A stretch of 64,000 nucleotides of DNA from an uncultured Acidobacteriota bacterium (GTDB lineage Bacteria > Acidobacteriota > Terriglobia > Acidiferrales > UBA7541). The translations under genes and the position numbers were made by a program. The stretch lies in contig CAWFGI010000022.1 of the NCBI GenBank assembly GCA_963815265.1, forward strand, positions 713,870 to 777,869, read 5' to 3'. The notes below the pieces were generated by a model that did not search any database, was not told the origin of the DNA, and saw only the letters and a program-made list of their open reading frames with translations. This document shows positions 1 to 9,706 of this stretch, one piece after another (the first letter of the stretch is position 1; each line of letters opens with the position of its first letter).

Positions 1-516
1 GTCAGGAATGCTCGCATTATCGCCAAACGTCTCGCTGATATGGGTGAAGCGGTCGACATTGCCGGGACCAAAGACAAAGCTTGCGCCAAGCTGGAATGGA
101 TTTTCGCCGAGTTTGTGCTGGCGATGGCCGGCGGCGTTGGCACGTTTGCGCGCATTGGCGTTATCGCGACGCAAAAGGTGAAGGAGGTTTGCGCGCTTTA
201 ATTCCGCGGCGCGGTATGCGGCGCGTTCCACATCAATCAGGAGAGGAAACGCGATTCCAGTCTCTTCCCGGAATGCACGCGCATAGTGAAAATCGCCCAT
301 CCCAATCGCCGCGAGGTTCGCTCCGCGCGCCTTGATTTCGTCCTGATGCTCGCGCAACTGCGCGACGTGCTCGCGGCAGAACACTCAGCCGTAGTGGCGC
401 AGGAAAACGATGACGGCCGGTTGCGACTCCCACAACGAGCCGAGCCGCACGGGACGCTCGTCCGCATCGGGGAGAACGATCATGGACAGCTTCGCGCTGA
501 GGCTTGCAGCGGTCAT
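1..516 (-). CDS. Peroxiredoxin-like (AhpC/TSA-like thioredoxin-fold) protein with an in-frame TGA at the first redox-Cys position. Candidate selenoprotein. The 3' end runs off the window.
   Basis: ATG at 516..514. The frame stays open to position 1 except for one TGA at 387..385. The translation ...PAVIVFLRHYG[TGA]VFCREHVAQLREHQDEIKARGANLAAIGMGDF...FPLLIDVERAAY... matches the FLRHxGCxxCR motif of peroxiredoxin-like family proteins. A stem-loop lies directly 3' of the TGA (340..384). Confidence 0.6.
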
Positions 517-690
517 CAGCTAGGCCTACCTTCTCGCCGGTTGAGTTTACCTCACGATATGGTTGGGCGCACGATCCCAGAGCAGTCCGGGATAGCGTTG
601 TTCGTGGACGTCTTCAGTGGACCTCCGGCGACGCTCACCCGCTGAACGCTGCGCGTGATATGTTTGCACACGAGGACGAAGGCCAGAGCG

Positions 691-2136
691 ATGGCAGCGG
701 ACAAACCAAAACAATCCTTCCACATGACTCCGGACGAGTTTCGCCGGCTGGGGAAAGAGATGGTCGACTGGATCGCGGACTATTACGAGCGCGTCGAAAC
801 GTTTCCGGTGCTGTCGCAGGCGAAGGCGGGCCAATTGCGCGCCGCGCTTCCCGCACAGGCGCCCGAGCGCGGCGAATTGTTTGACGCGATGATGGCAGAC
901 GTGGAGCGACTGATCTTGCCGGGCATCACGCACTGGCAATCGCCGAATTTCTTCGCCTACTTCCCTTCCAACAACTCGTTTCCGTCCATTCTGGGCGAAA
1001 TGCTCTCGGCTGGGCTCGGCGTCCAAGGAATGCTCTGGGCGACAAGTCCCGCGTGCACGGAGCTCGAGACGCACGTGCTTGATTGGCTCGTCGACATGCT
1101 CGCCCTACCCGCGGAATTCGCGTCGAGCGGGCCGGGCGGCGGCGTGATTCAGGATACGGCGTCGAGTTCTTCGCTGTGTGCGCTCCTTGCAGCGCGCGAA
1201 CGTGCTACGAACCTCCTTACGAACGAGCGAGGCTGTGACGGGCGGCTGGTTGCTTACACCTCGACGCAAGCGCACTCATCGCTCGAAAAGGCGGCGAAGA
1301 TTGCCGGTATTGGTAGCGCGAATTTGCGCGCGATCGAGGTGGATGAAAAGTTTGCGATGAGCCCTGCCGCCCTCGCTGCGCAGATCGGGCGCGACTGCGC
1401 CGCCGGCAAGATTCCCTTTTTTATCTGCGCGACAATCGGCACCACATCATCGAACGCGATCGATCCCGTGCGCGAAATCGCCTCCATTGCTCGCGAACAC
1501 GGTCTCTGGCTGCACGTTGATGCGGCTATGTCCGGCACGGCCGCGCTCTGCCCCGAATTTCGCTGGACGCACGACGGCGTCGAACTCGCCGACAGCTACT
1601 GCTTTAATCCGCACAAGTGGATGTTCACAAATTTCGATTGCGACTGCTTCTACGTGCGAGACCGCGCGGCGCTCGTCCGCCCGTTGAGCGTGCTGCCGGA
1701 ATTTCTGCGCAACCGCGCTACAGAATCGGGCGCGGTAATCGACTATCGCGACTGGCAGATCCCCCTCGGGCGGCGTTTTCGCGCTCTGAAGTTGTGGTTC
1801 GTGATTCGCCACTACGGGGTGAAGGGACTGCGCCATCACGTGCGGCGACATGTGGAGCTGGCGCAGCAGTTCGCACAATGGGTGCGCGCCGCCGAGCATT
1901 TCGAACTCGCCGCTCCTACACCGCTGAATCTCGTATGCTTCCGGCATCGCGCAGGCGATCTGGTCAACCAGAGCATTATGGATCGGCTGAATGCGAGCGG
2001 CGATCTATACCTGACGCACACGCGGCTCAATGACCGTTTCACTCTGCGAATGAGCATCGGGCAATCGCAAACGGAACTGCACCACGTTGAACGCGCGTGG
2101 CAACGGATTCGCGACGAAGCAGCCGCGATCGTTTAG
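691..2136 (+). CDS. PLP-dependent group II decarboxylase (aromatic-L-amino-acid/tyrosine decarboxylase-like)
   Basis: 493-aa ORF from 655; the ATG at 691 is preferred. The FNPHKWMFTNFDC Lys-PLP motif and overall DDC-like sequence are present (HWQSPNFFAYFP, GVIQDTASSS). Confidence 0.88.
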   Translation: MAADKPKQSFHMTPDEFRRLGKEMVDWIADYYERVETFPVLSQAKAGQLRAALPAQAPERGELFDAMMADVERLILPGITHWQSPNFFAYFPSNNSFPSILGEMLSAGLGVQGMLWATSPACTELETHVLDWLVDMLALPAEFASSGPGGGVIQDTASSSSLCALLAARERATNLLTNERGCDGRLVAYTSTQAHSSLEKAAKIAGIGSANLRAIEVDEKFAMSPAALAAQIGRDCAAGKIPFFICATIGTTSSNAIDPVREIASIAREHGLWLHVDAAMSGTAALCPEFRWTHDGVELADSYCFNPHKWMFTNFDCDCFYVRDRAALVRPLSVLPEFLRNRATESGAVIDYRDWQIPLGRRFRALKLWFVIRHYGVKGLRHHVRRHVELAQQFAQWVRAAEHFELAAPTPLNLVCFRHRAGDLVNQSIMDRLNASGDLYLTHTRLNDRFTLRMSIGQSQTELHHVERAWQRIRDEAAAIV

Positions 2137-2211
2137 CGCGTTGCAACTTATTTTGCAGACGCACTAAACCGTGCATAATAGCGGCTGCCCAAATTACCCC
2201 AGGAGTAATAA

Positions 2212-2778
2212 ATGCTTCAACCCTCTCCATCGAATACAAACCGTAAAGCTCTGCTGGCCGTCATAGGATTAGTGGTTGTGCTTGCGGGCTATACTTTGAC
2301 GCGCGGCGCCGATTCGAAAACTCCTGCTGTCGGCGCGATAGCTCCCGATTTCACGCTTGCCTCGCAGGATGGCACGCCCGTCAGCTTGCACGACTTCAAA
2401 GGCAAGTGGGTTGTCCTTTATTTCTATCCAAAGGACTTCACCAGCGGCTGCACCACCGAGGCGCACAATTTCCAGCGCGACCTGGCGCAATATCAGGCAA
2501 AAAATGCGGTGATCCTGGGCGTAAGCGTACAGGATGCCGATTCGCACAAGCAGTTCTGCGCGAAAGAAGAGCTCAACTTCAAGCTGCTCGCCGATACGAA
2601 CAAAAAAGTGAGCGAAGAGTACGGCTCGGTGATGAATTTCGGCATTGCGAAGCTTTCCGCGCGGCACACATTCCTGATCAATCCTGACGGGGTAATCGTC
2701 AAGGAATATATGGACGTCAACCCCAGTAAACACAGCGAAGAGGTGCTCGCCGCGCTGACAGAACTGCAAGCCAAGTAG
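2212..2778 (+). CDS. bcp: Thiol peroxidase/peroxiredoxin Bcp with N-terminal membrane anchor or signal
   Basis: FYPKDFTSGCTTE active-site motif, APDFTL...G..VSL..FKGKWVVLYF, and a hydrophobic N-terminus. Confidence 0.88.
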   Translation: MLQPSPSNTNRKALLAVIGLVVVLAGYTLTRGADSKTPAVGAIAPDFTLASQDGTPVSLHDFKGKWVVLYFYPKDFTSGCTTEAHNFQRDLAQYQAKNAVILGVSVQDADSHKQFCAKEELNFKLLADTNKKVSEEYGSVMNFGIAKLSARHTFLINPDGVIVKEYMDVNPSKHSEEVLAALTELQAK

Positions 2779-2813
2779 CGTCGGCTGGGCCACCGCCTTT
2801 TGCGGACCGCACG

Positions 2814-4232
2814 CTACTTGCGCAAGGCCCGTTTCGCGGCTAAGTGGCCGCACAGGCCGTGGACGCCCCCGCCGGGCGGTGTTGATGCCGAGCAGATGTA
2901 GATACGCGGGTCCGTCGTTGAGTAGAGCCGCCACGTGGGCCGCGTAAATAGTTGAGAAAGCATCACCGCGCCTCCCTCCACATCCCCGCCGACTAGATTC
3001 GCATTATGCTGCTGCAAATCGGCGGGCAGCATCACGCTGCGTTGCAAGATACGTGCACGAAAGCCCGGCGCGAAACGCTCGATCTGGGCCTCGATTACGC
3101 CCGACACGTCTTTGGTCGATCCGTTCGGTACGTGACAATACCCCCATGCGGTGTGTTTCCTCGTCGGTGCGCGCGAGGAATCGAAGAGCGTGGGCTGTGC
3201 GAGCAGCACAAACGGCGCCGGAGATTCGACGCCGTTCCACGCATCGCGCTCAGCGGTTGCAATTTCTTCGAGCGTGCCTCCTACGTGAACGGTTCCGGCA
3301 CGCGCGCATTCGGAGGCCTTCCAAGGAATCGGCGCGTCGAGCGCCCAATCAACTTTGCAGACGCCCGGTGCGTAGCGGTAACGTTCAAGCGCGGCACGAA
3401 AACCGGGCGTGAATCGCGAGCCAGCAATCGATAAGAGTGTGCGCGGCGAAACATCGAAGAACGCTGTGGTATCTGACGGAAGTTCATCGACGCTTGCCAC
3501 CGCGCTGGAGGTGCGAATTTCGCCGCCGAGCGAACGCAAATGCGCTGCCAACGCGTCAGCAAGCTTCTGCGTGCCACCGCGGACGATAGGCCAGCCGACC
3601 GCATGCGCCAGAATTCCCAGTATCAACCCGAATGCAGCGCTCGGCGAATCTTCAAGCGGAAGAATCGAGTGAGCCGCGAGGCCCGCGAAAAGCGCGCGAG
3701 CACGCACGTCCCGAAATTTCGATTTCGCGAGTGAGGAGGCGGAGCGCAGCGCACCCAAGCCAAACCGGGCGGCGATTAGCGGGTGCCGAGGGAATCTCAG
3801 CGCCCCGAGCAGTAGGGGTTCGAGTTTGGTCCAATTGCGCGCCAGCGGACCGAACAGCCCCGCGTAGCTCGCACCGTCCCGACCGAGGCCAGCCGCCGTC
3901 TTCTCCACGGAGCGTTCGACAATTACCGCCGTGCCATCATCAAGCGGGTGCGCGAGTGGCGCGTCGGGTTGAATAAACGCCAGTCCATGCTGCGCGAGCG
4001 GCAACGTGCGGAAAAAGGGCGAGGCAAGCGCGAGCGGCACAACCGCAGCGCAAACGTCATGGATAAATCCCGGCAACGTGAGTTCCGCCGAACGCATCCC
4101 GCCGCCAATGGTTGGCTCAGCTTCGAGGACCAGCACCGATTGCCCGGTTTGTGCGAGCGTAATCGCCGCCGCGAGACCGTTGGGCCCCGAACCAATGACT
4201 ACGGAATCGAATTGGCGCCCAGAGGCCGACAC
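2814..4232 (-). CDS. NAD(P)/FAD-dependent oxidoreductase, phytoene-desaturase (CrtI)-like family
   Basis: N-terminal dinucleotide fold DSVVIGSGPNGLAAAITLAQTGQSVLVLEAEPTIGGG, 472 aa, C-terminal ASTPPGGGVHG. Confidence 0.8.
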   Translation of the reverse strand: MSASGRQFDSVVIGSGPNGLAAAITLAQTGQSVLVLEAEPTIGGGMRSAELTLPGFIHDVCAAVVPLALASPFFRTLPLAQHGLAFIQPDAPLAHPLDDGTAVIVERSVEKTAAGLGRDGASYAGLFGPLARNWTKLEPLLLGALRFPRHPLIAARFGLGALRSASSLAKSKFRDVRARALFAGLAAHSILPLEDSPSAAFGLILGILAHAVGWPIVRGGTQKLADALAAHLRSLGGEIRTSSAVASVDELPSDTTAFFDVSPRTLLSIAGSRFTPGFRAALERYRYAPGVCKVDWALDAPIPWKASECARAGTVHVGGTLEEIATAERDAWNGVESPAPFVLLAQPTLFDSSRAPTRKHTAWGYCHVPNGSTKDVSGVIEAQIERFAPGFRARILQRSVMLPADLQQHNANLVGGDVEGGAVMLSQLFTRPTWRLYSTTDPRIYICSASTPPGGGVHGLCGHLAAKRALRK

Positions 4233-4333
4233 AGCTAATTAAATCGTAATCTATTACGGGCGGCTGCGCTTGAATCATTAACGAGACCGAGGATCTGCAG
4301 GTCGCAAAAAACTTTGCGCAGGCAAGAGCGAAA

Positions 4334-5152
4334 TCAATCAGCGGCGAGCATTTTCTTGGGCCAGCCCACTAAATAAGTAACTCTCAGCGGCAGGTTGGCG
4401 TTCGATTCCTCGCCAATCCGCCACTCGTAGTCGCGGCTCTTCACACCTGCAGTCATTGCGCGCAGGTCCGCAAGTGAATAAGCCCGCATGCAGGAAATCA
4501 GTCCGTCTACCAGAAGCACAAGCGGTACGACGGGAATGACATACGTCCAGAAAATGCGCGACCACCGAAACGGTTGGCGTGCTGGCGTAAAAAGCCAATC
4601 GGCGAGGGGTATCGCCAAAATCGTAAGTAGCGTGAAGGTATGCCGCGATGCAACCTCAAAAACTCCGATCCCCTGCCCCCTTGCCGCACTATCTCTTAAG
4701 AAGCGGCCGGCTTGTTCCGGATCGAAGTGGTGAAAGGAAGAAAAAATTGTGCGAAAACCCTGAAGCCGTTCCGGAATTGCCGTCGCATCGATCGGATCGC
4801 GGAGAAAGTTTATACCGTTCGAACAAGCCGTCCCTGCGCCGTCACTCGAAGCACCCGGATACTTGTCGGTAAGAAGAACTTTGACGGGCGGCGCGCCTTC
4901 CCTCTGAAAGAGTTGCACGAGCGAAGGCCATGGGCCGCCTGCGCCGGAAAAGAGATCGACTACCTCGCGGGCGCCCGAGCGATTCAGTGCCTCACGAAGC
5001 TGCCCGGCGATCGGCTTGTATGCGTTCGTGCGCTCCAGGATCATCTGCAGCGCGTCGAGTACTTCGCGCCGCAAGAAATCTGGAAACCAGTGCTGGTCGT
5101 GAATCTCGAAAAGCTCGAATCGCATCTGCCGTCGCGCGAACCCTCGCCACAA
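4334..5152 (-). CDS. Putative class I SAM-dependent methyltransferase fused to C-terminal membrane helices
   Basis: Motif-I-like VVDLFSGAGGPW, and hydrophobic segments near the C-terminus (TLLTILAIPLADWLF, WTYVIPVVPLVLLVDGLI). The start may be the Met at 5125. Confidence 0.45.
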   Translation of the reverse strand: MWRGFARRQMRFELFEIHDQHWFPDFLRREVLDALQMILERTNAYKPIAGQLREALNRSGAREVVDLFSGAGGPWPSLVQLFQREGAPPVKVLLTDKYPGASSDGAGTACSNGINFLRDPIDATAIPERLQGFRTIFSSFHHFDPEQAGRFLRDSAARGQGIGVFEVASRHTFTLLTILAIPLADWLFTPARQPFRWSRIFWTYVIPVVPLVLLVDGLISCMRAYSLADLRAMTAGVKSRDYEWRIGEESNANLPLRVTYLVGWPKKMLAAD

Positions 5153-5189
5153 CCTGGGAATTCGGCTCCGCCTAGATTTTTCGGTCTTA

Positions 5190-5465
5190 CTACGCGCCGG
5201 CTACCATGGCCTGCGTTGCACCCTGCTGCTTGTCCTCCGGCGCACTGAACGCGTGGCTGGCCAGTTCGACCACCTGTTTCAAGTGCCACCATTCGCGCGC
5301 GTTCATCGGTCTGCCTTCATGATTCGAAAAATAGATCGATGCGTAGCTTTCCTCGGAGAGCGGCACACGAATCACCAGCGTGCTCTTCTGCTCGGAATAG
5401 TTGTCGGCCACAGTTGTCCCCCTCAGTTGAACTGCTGCAAGCATTAAGCGTGCTCGTCGCGCCAT
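5190..5465 (-). CDS. Small hypothetical protein (about 84-91 aa)
   Basis: This is the C-terminal part of the 184-aa track ORF. Internal ATGs lie at 5465 and 5444, with a purine-rich stretch upstream of 5465. The longer version would overlap the TMEM175-like gene. Confidence 0.3.
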   Translation of the reverse strand: MARRARLMLAAVQLRGTTVADNYSEQKSTLVIRVPLSEESYASIYFSNHEGRPMNAREWWHLKQVVELASHAFSAPEDKQQGATQAMVAGA

Positions 5466-5625
5466 TCTCTCTCGCCCGCTCGTTTCGGGCAAGCACAAGT
5501 CGCGTCTCGCCGCCAGACCATATAAAGGAACTGGCCTAACCCTTGCTGCCGGCGCATGTTCCAATTCGGCGCAGCTTGGTATGATGCGGCGGGATGCAGG
5601 GCCCCAAAGGCAAAAATAAAAATAC

Positions 5626-6201
5626 ATGAGCAAAGGGCGGCTCGAAGCTTTCAGCGACGGCGTGATTGCCATCATCATCACGATTATGGTGCTCGATTTG
5701 CGTATACCGCACGATACATCACTGGAGGGCTTGCGTCCCGCCATACCGACCTTCTTCAGCTATGCCTTGAGCTTCGTTTTCGTCGGCATCTACTGGAACA
5801 ACCATCATCATCTGCTGCACGCCACGCAAAAAGTGAATGGCACAGCTCTGTGGGCGAACCTGTACCTTCTGTTCTGGCTTTCACTCGTGCCGTTCGTCAC
5901 CGGTTGGATGGGTGAGAACCATTTCGCCGCGGTCCCGGTCGCGGTCTACGGCGTCGTGCTGTTTCTGGCGGCCATCGCGTTTACCATCCTTACGAAGGCT
6001 TTAATCGCATGTAACGGCGCCGATTCTCCGATTGCGATCGCGATTGGAAGCGATCGAAAGGGCAAAGCGTCGTTGGCAATTTATGCTTTGGGGATTCTAT
6101 GCGCGCGCGTGGATCCCCGGATCTCGATCGCGATGTACGTTCTCGTCGCTCTCATCTGGTTCGTTCCCGATCGGCGCATCGAGCACGTGGTAGGGCAATA
6201 G
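5626..6201 (+). CDS. TMEM175-family (DUF1211) potassium channel-like membrane protein
   Basis: Hallmark N-terminal RLEAFSDGVIAIIITIMVL helix motif, with multiple TM helices. Confidence 0.85.
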   Translation: MSKGRLEAFSDGVIAIIITIMVLDLRIPHDTSLEGLRPAIPTFFSYALSFVFVGIYWNNHHHLLHATQKVNGTALWANLYLLFWLSLVPFVTGWMGENHFAAVPVAVYGVVLFLAAIAFTILTKALIACNGADSPIAIAIGSDRKGKASLAIYALGILCARVDPRISIAMYVLVALIWFVPDRRIEHVVGQ

Positions 6202-6324
6202 ATTCCTACAGCACGCCTATCAAGGGATAGGCCGACTGCCTTACCGCATTTTGACTGCGCGTTTTGCAGCACAATCCTTGCCGGGCTTTTGCTAAACTGC
6301 CTCCATACCATTTAGGAGTACTGA

Positions 6325-7755
6325 ATGCATTTTTTGAAGCGCGCTTGCGCGCTTATGATTTTAACATTCGTAGTATTAGGCGTAGTTCAGTCTGCCGCGC
6401 CCGCAAAGCACAACAAAAAACCGAAGCCGACGCCCGAAGAAATCGCGCAGGCGGATCGCCTCTTCCATTCCGGCAGTTTCGCTGAAGCCCAGCAAGCCTA
6501 TGTGGAGATCGCCGCGAAGGATCCAAAAGATTTTCACGCCGCCTCGCAGCTTGGCTACATCGCCCTTCTTTCGAACAAACTCGACGATGCCGAGCAATGG
6601 CTGCGCAAGGCGCTGGATCTGAAGCACGGCGACGCCGACGCGAAAATCATGCTCGCGGAGGCGCTCTACCGCAAGAACGATTTCTTCCATGCTTCCCGCG
6701 CGTTGCAGGGGCTTGGCCCGGAAGATGCCGCAAAGCTGAAAAATTATTCGACCCTGAATGTCGCCAAGCTCGAAAGCTTTCGCGACGAGGATCCATACAA
6801 ATTCGAACGCGACCCCGGCGAAAGCACGCGCCTGCCATTTATCGCGTCCGATCCGCTGCCCGTGGTGAACGTACGGGTAAATAGCGGCCCCGAGGTCGCA
6901 TTCTTCATCGACACGGGCGGCTCCGAGCTTCTGCTCGATTCTGAATTCGCTCGCGAGCTGAATGTGAAGCCGATGGGCTCGGTGCAGGGAACATTCAGCG
7001 GGGGTCAGCACGCGCAAGTAGAAAATGGGCGCGTTGACTCGCTCACGCTCGGCTCATGGACACTGAGGAACATTCCAGTGGGCATGTTGCCTCTTCGCTC
7101 CATGTCCAGCGGCTTCGGCGTGAAACAGATCAATGGTTGTATCGGCACCAATGTGCTCTATCAATTCCTTTCTACTATCGATTACAGGACGGGCGAGCTG
7201 ATTCTGCGCAAGAAGAATGCGGCCAATCTGAAACGGTTTGACGCGGCCGGCGGTCCGCCGACTCCCCCGGGCATCGGCAAGCGATCGGCTTGGCACTCGA
7301 CACAGTCGAACAGTCACCCCGGAGTCAACAGTGCGCCGAGTACAAATGTCACCAATGGGATTGTTGTGCCCATGTGGATGGCTGGCGATCACTTCATGGT
7401 CGCGTGGGGACGAGTTAACACGCAACCCATCTCCCTGTTCTTCGTTGATAGTGGCTTAGCTGGTGCCGGCGTGAAGCTAACCGAATCGGCAATCCAGCAA
7501 GCCGGCATTCATCTGGATGAATCGAAAGCGAGCGAAGGGCAAGGCGGAGGAGGCATGTTAAAGATAATCCCCTACACTGTAGGGCAATTCACAGTCGGTG
7601 AAATCACCGAGCAAAACATGGCAGGCCTCTATGACGGCCCATTCCCTTGGGAAAACGAATTTGGTTTTCATTTGGCAGGTATGTTCGGCAGCGATTTCCT
7701 GAAACACCACGCCGTAACCTTTGACTTCACCAACATGCGGATCATTTTCAGATAA
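6325..7755 (+). CDS. Secreted TPR-repeat protein with two retropepsin-like aspartyl protease lobes
   Basis: Signal peptide, a TPR-like N-terminal part, FFIDTGGSELLLD (D-T-G) and a second FFVDSGLAGAGV (D-S-G) motif. Confidence 0.65.
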   Translation: MHFLKRACALMILTFVVLGVVQSAAPAKHNKKPKPTPEEIAQADRLFHSGSFAEAQQAYVEIAAKDPKDFHAASQLGYIALLSNKLDDAEQWLRKALDLKHGDADAKIMLAEALYRKNDFFHASRALQGLGPEDAAKLKNYSTLNVAKLESFRDEDPYKFERDPGESTRLPFIASDPLPVVNVRVNSGPEVAFFIDTGGSELLLDSEFARELNVKPMGSVQGTFSGGQHAQVENGRVDSLTLGSWTLRNIPVGMLPLRSMSSGFGVKQINGCIGTNVLYQFLSTIDYRTGELILRKKNAANLKRFDAAGGPPTPPGIGKRSAWHSTQSNSHPGVNSAPSTNVTNGIVVPMWMAGDHFMVAWGRVNTQPISLFFVDSGLAGAGVKLTESAIQQAGIHLDESKASEGQGGGGMLKIIPYTVGQFTVGEITEQNMAGLYDGPFPWENEFGFHLAGMFGSDFLKHHAVTFDFTNMRIIFR

Positions 7756-7901
7756 AAGGACAAGCGTCCGCTTCGGGACGAGAGCCTATCGGGTAGCGAT
7801 CTTGCCAGTCCACGGCGCACTGCACACTCGCCGCCCGAACCAGGAGCGCTCGAACAAACTGTCGTTATGGCAGTGCCTGAGCCAATAAAAACGCGCAACC
7901 G

Positions 7902-9128
7902 CTACTTCTGGGTGACGCGCAAAGCAATACGGCGATTGGCCTGGCGCCCCTCGATCGTGCTGTTATCTCCCACCGGATGCTCGTCGCCGTAGCCTTTCGC
8001 GTCGAGACGCGACGGATCGATTCCCAACCCGACCAGCTGCGCCGTCACCACATTCGCGCGATCTTGCGAAAGCTTCAGGTTATTGGCCGGATCGCCCTGA
8101 TTGTCCGTATAACCGCCGATGCGCGCGTGGACGTTCGGGTAGGCCTTTAAGATCTTCGCGATATTTTCGAGCTGCTCCTGCGACGATAGCTGGAGGTGGT
8201 CGCCGCCGGTGTCGAAGGTCAGACGGTCAAACTCAAACCAGGTTTCGCGGCTGGGCTGAGCATTGGGATCGCGGATGAAGACAAGCAGCTTGCTCTCCAT
8301 GCCGTTCTCGGGAATGTTCAAGTCCGTCCCACCCGGAATCGAAGCTTTTACGAAAGCGCCCAAGGACGTGGCTGCATTCGACGCCGCGGTGCCCACTTGC
8401 GAAGCGGCGTTCGATGCTGTGTTTGTCGCCGTATCTACAGCGTTGTTGACCGTCGAGGTATTTCGGTTCGCGAACCAGAACAACGCGCCGATCAAAAGCA
8501 CGGCAAGAACCACGGGCCACAACCACTTCGGCGTTCCTACCGTTCGCGCTTCATCAGCCAACTGCGACGCACGGGAACTGACGCTTGAAAGGCCTGGAAT
8601 CGAAAGGCCCGAAGGCAGGAAGCTGCGCAGGCTGGGAAGTTCCGAGGTCAGTAAATTGCCGAGTCCGCTTGCTGTAAGGCCTTGGCTGCCCACCTTCGAT
8701 GCAAGGGTACCGAGCACCATTGGCGCAGCCGAGGCCAGAATGCTTCCAGCCGACGAAGCGCGCATGCCCGAAAACTCCGCGATCTTGCTTTGAATGCTCG
8801 AAATGTTGTTGCCAAAAAGCAAGTTCAATAGGCTAGTGCTGGCCTGCGACGCGTTCGCCACAGTGGACGACCCGCCACCCGCTGCCGCACCCATCGCACT
8901 CGCACCGCGCGTCATGAAACCCGAAATTAGATTCATGATTTGACTGAGAAAGCCCGGTTCTTGTGCTTTAGTCGCGAGCGTCGCCAGGATCGTGGTTGCT
9001 CCGCCGAGAAGTCCTTTTTGGACGGCATCGCCGGATTCACCTAGATTCGACGCGAGTCCGCGAATCATGTCCGGCGTGACTTGCTCTTTCAACGAATCAA
9101 GTAGTGAGCTCATAGAATCTCTCCTCAT
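7902..9128 (-). CDS. DUF937-like / OmpA-family peptidoglycan-binding protein
   Basis: N-terminus SLLDSLKEQVTPDMIRGLASNLGESGDAVQKGL (DUF937-like), one TM segment, and a C-terminal OmpA_C motif GYTDNQGDPANNLKLSQDRANVV...GYGDEHPV...NRRIALRV. An alternative Met lies at 9113. Confidence 0.85.
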   Translation of the reverse strand: MRRDSMSSLLDSLKEQVTPDMIRGLASNLGESGDAVQKGLLGGATTILATLATKAQEPGFLSQIMNLISGFMTRGASAMGAAAGGGSSTVANASQASTSLLNLLFGNNISSIQSKIAEFSGMRASSAGSILASAAPMVLGTLASKVGSQGLTASGLGNLLTSELPSLRSFLPSGLSIPGLSSVSSRASQLADEARTVGTPKWLWPVVLAVLLIGALFWFANRNTSTVNNAVDTATNTASNAASQVGTAASNAATSLGAFVKASIPGGTDLNIPENGMESKLLVFIRDPNAQPSRETWFEFDRLTFDTGGDHLQLSSQEQLENIAKILKAYPNVHARIGGYTDNQGDPANNLKLSQDRANVVTAQLVGLGIDPSRLDAKGYGDEHPVGDNSTIEGRQANRRIALRVTQK

Positions 9129-9437
9129 GGAAAAGATGGGAAAATGTTCGGTCTAGCCGAATCTTTTGTGCGGCAATGGCAATTTCATGTTGCGCTGGGA
9201 AGTGACTGTTACGCGGCGAATCTGAGTGGATCGCGGGTGCGTTGCCGTAAGAGGGCGGCCTCCCGAACAAGGAAACCGCGCGAGCCCGTCCCGGCTAGTG
9301 GGCGGACTGGAAAAATCAAGAGAGTACTCCAGTTCTCACTCCCTGGCAACGGATGCGCCGCCCGATTCCGAGTTGAACATCGCGACCACAGGAATTGGTG
9401 ATACACTCGCCAGCTTTTCCGGCAGCAGCCCGGGAGG

Positions 9438-9638
9438 TTGGCGTTGGACAACCACGTTAGGGAATTGCTGTCGTTTATCGAAGAAGACGCAAAGCGTTGG
9501 GACGATGCTGCGCATCACTGTGAGGTGATTGCCGCAAAGCTTCCGCCGGATCATCGAGCCAGTTTAGAGCTGCAGTGCGCCGTTTATCGCGAGCGCGCCA
9601 AGATGCATCGCGATGTCGTCGCCAAGTTGCGTTCGTAG
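9438..9638 (+). CDS. Small hypothetical protein (about 64 aa)
   Basis: TTG starts at 9438/9444 directly after GGGAGG (9432..9437). It lies immediately upstream of the ATP-grasp gene on the same strand. Confidence 0.3.
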   Translation: MALDNHVRELLSFIEEDAKRWDDAAHHCEVIAAKLPPDHRASLELQCAVYRERAKMHRDVVAKLRS

Positions 9639-9706
9639 GAAACCGCGAAACGATTCCTCGGGGCGTGCATCCAACTCTTAGCGATTCCAACCGTGTAAAA
9701 TAGCTT

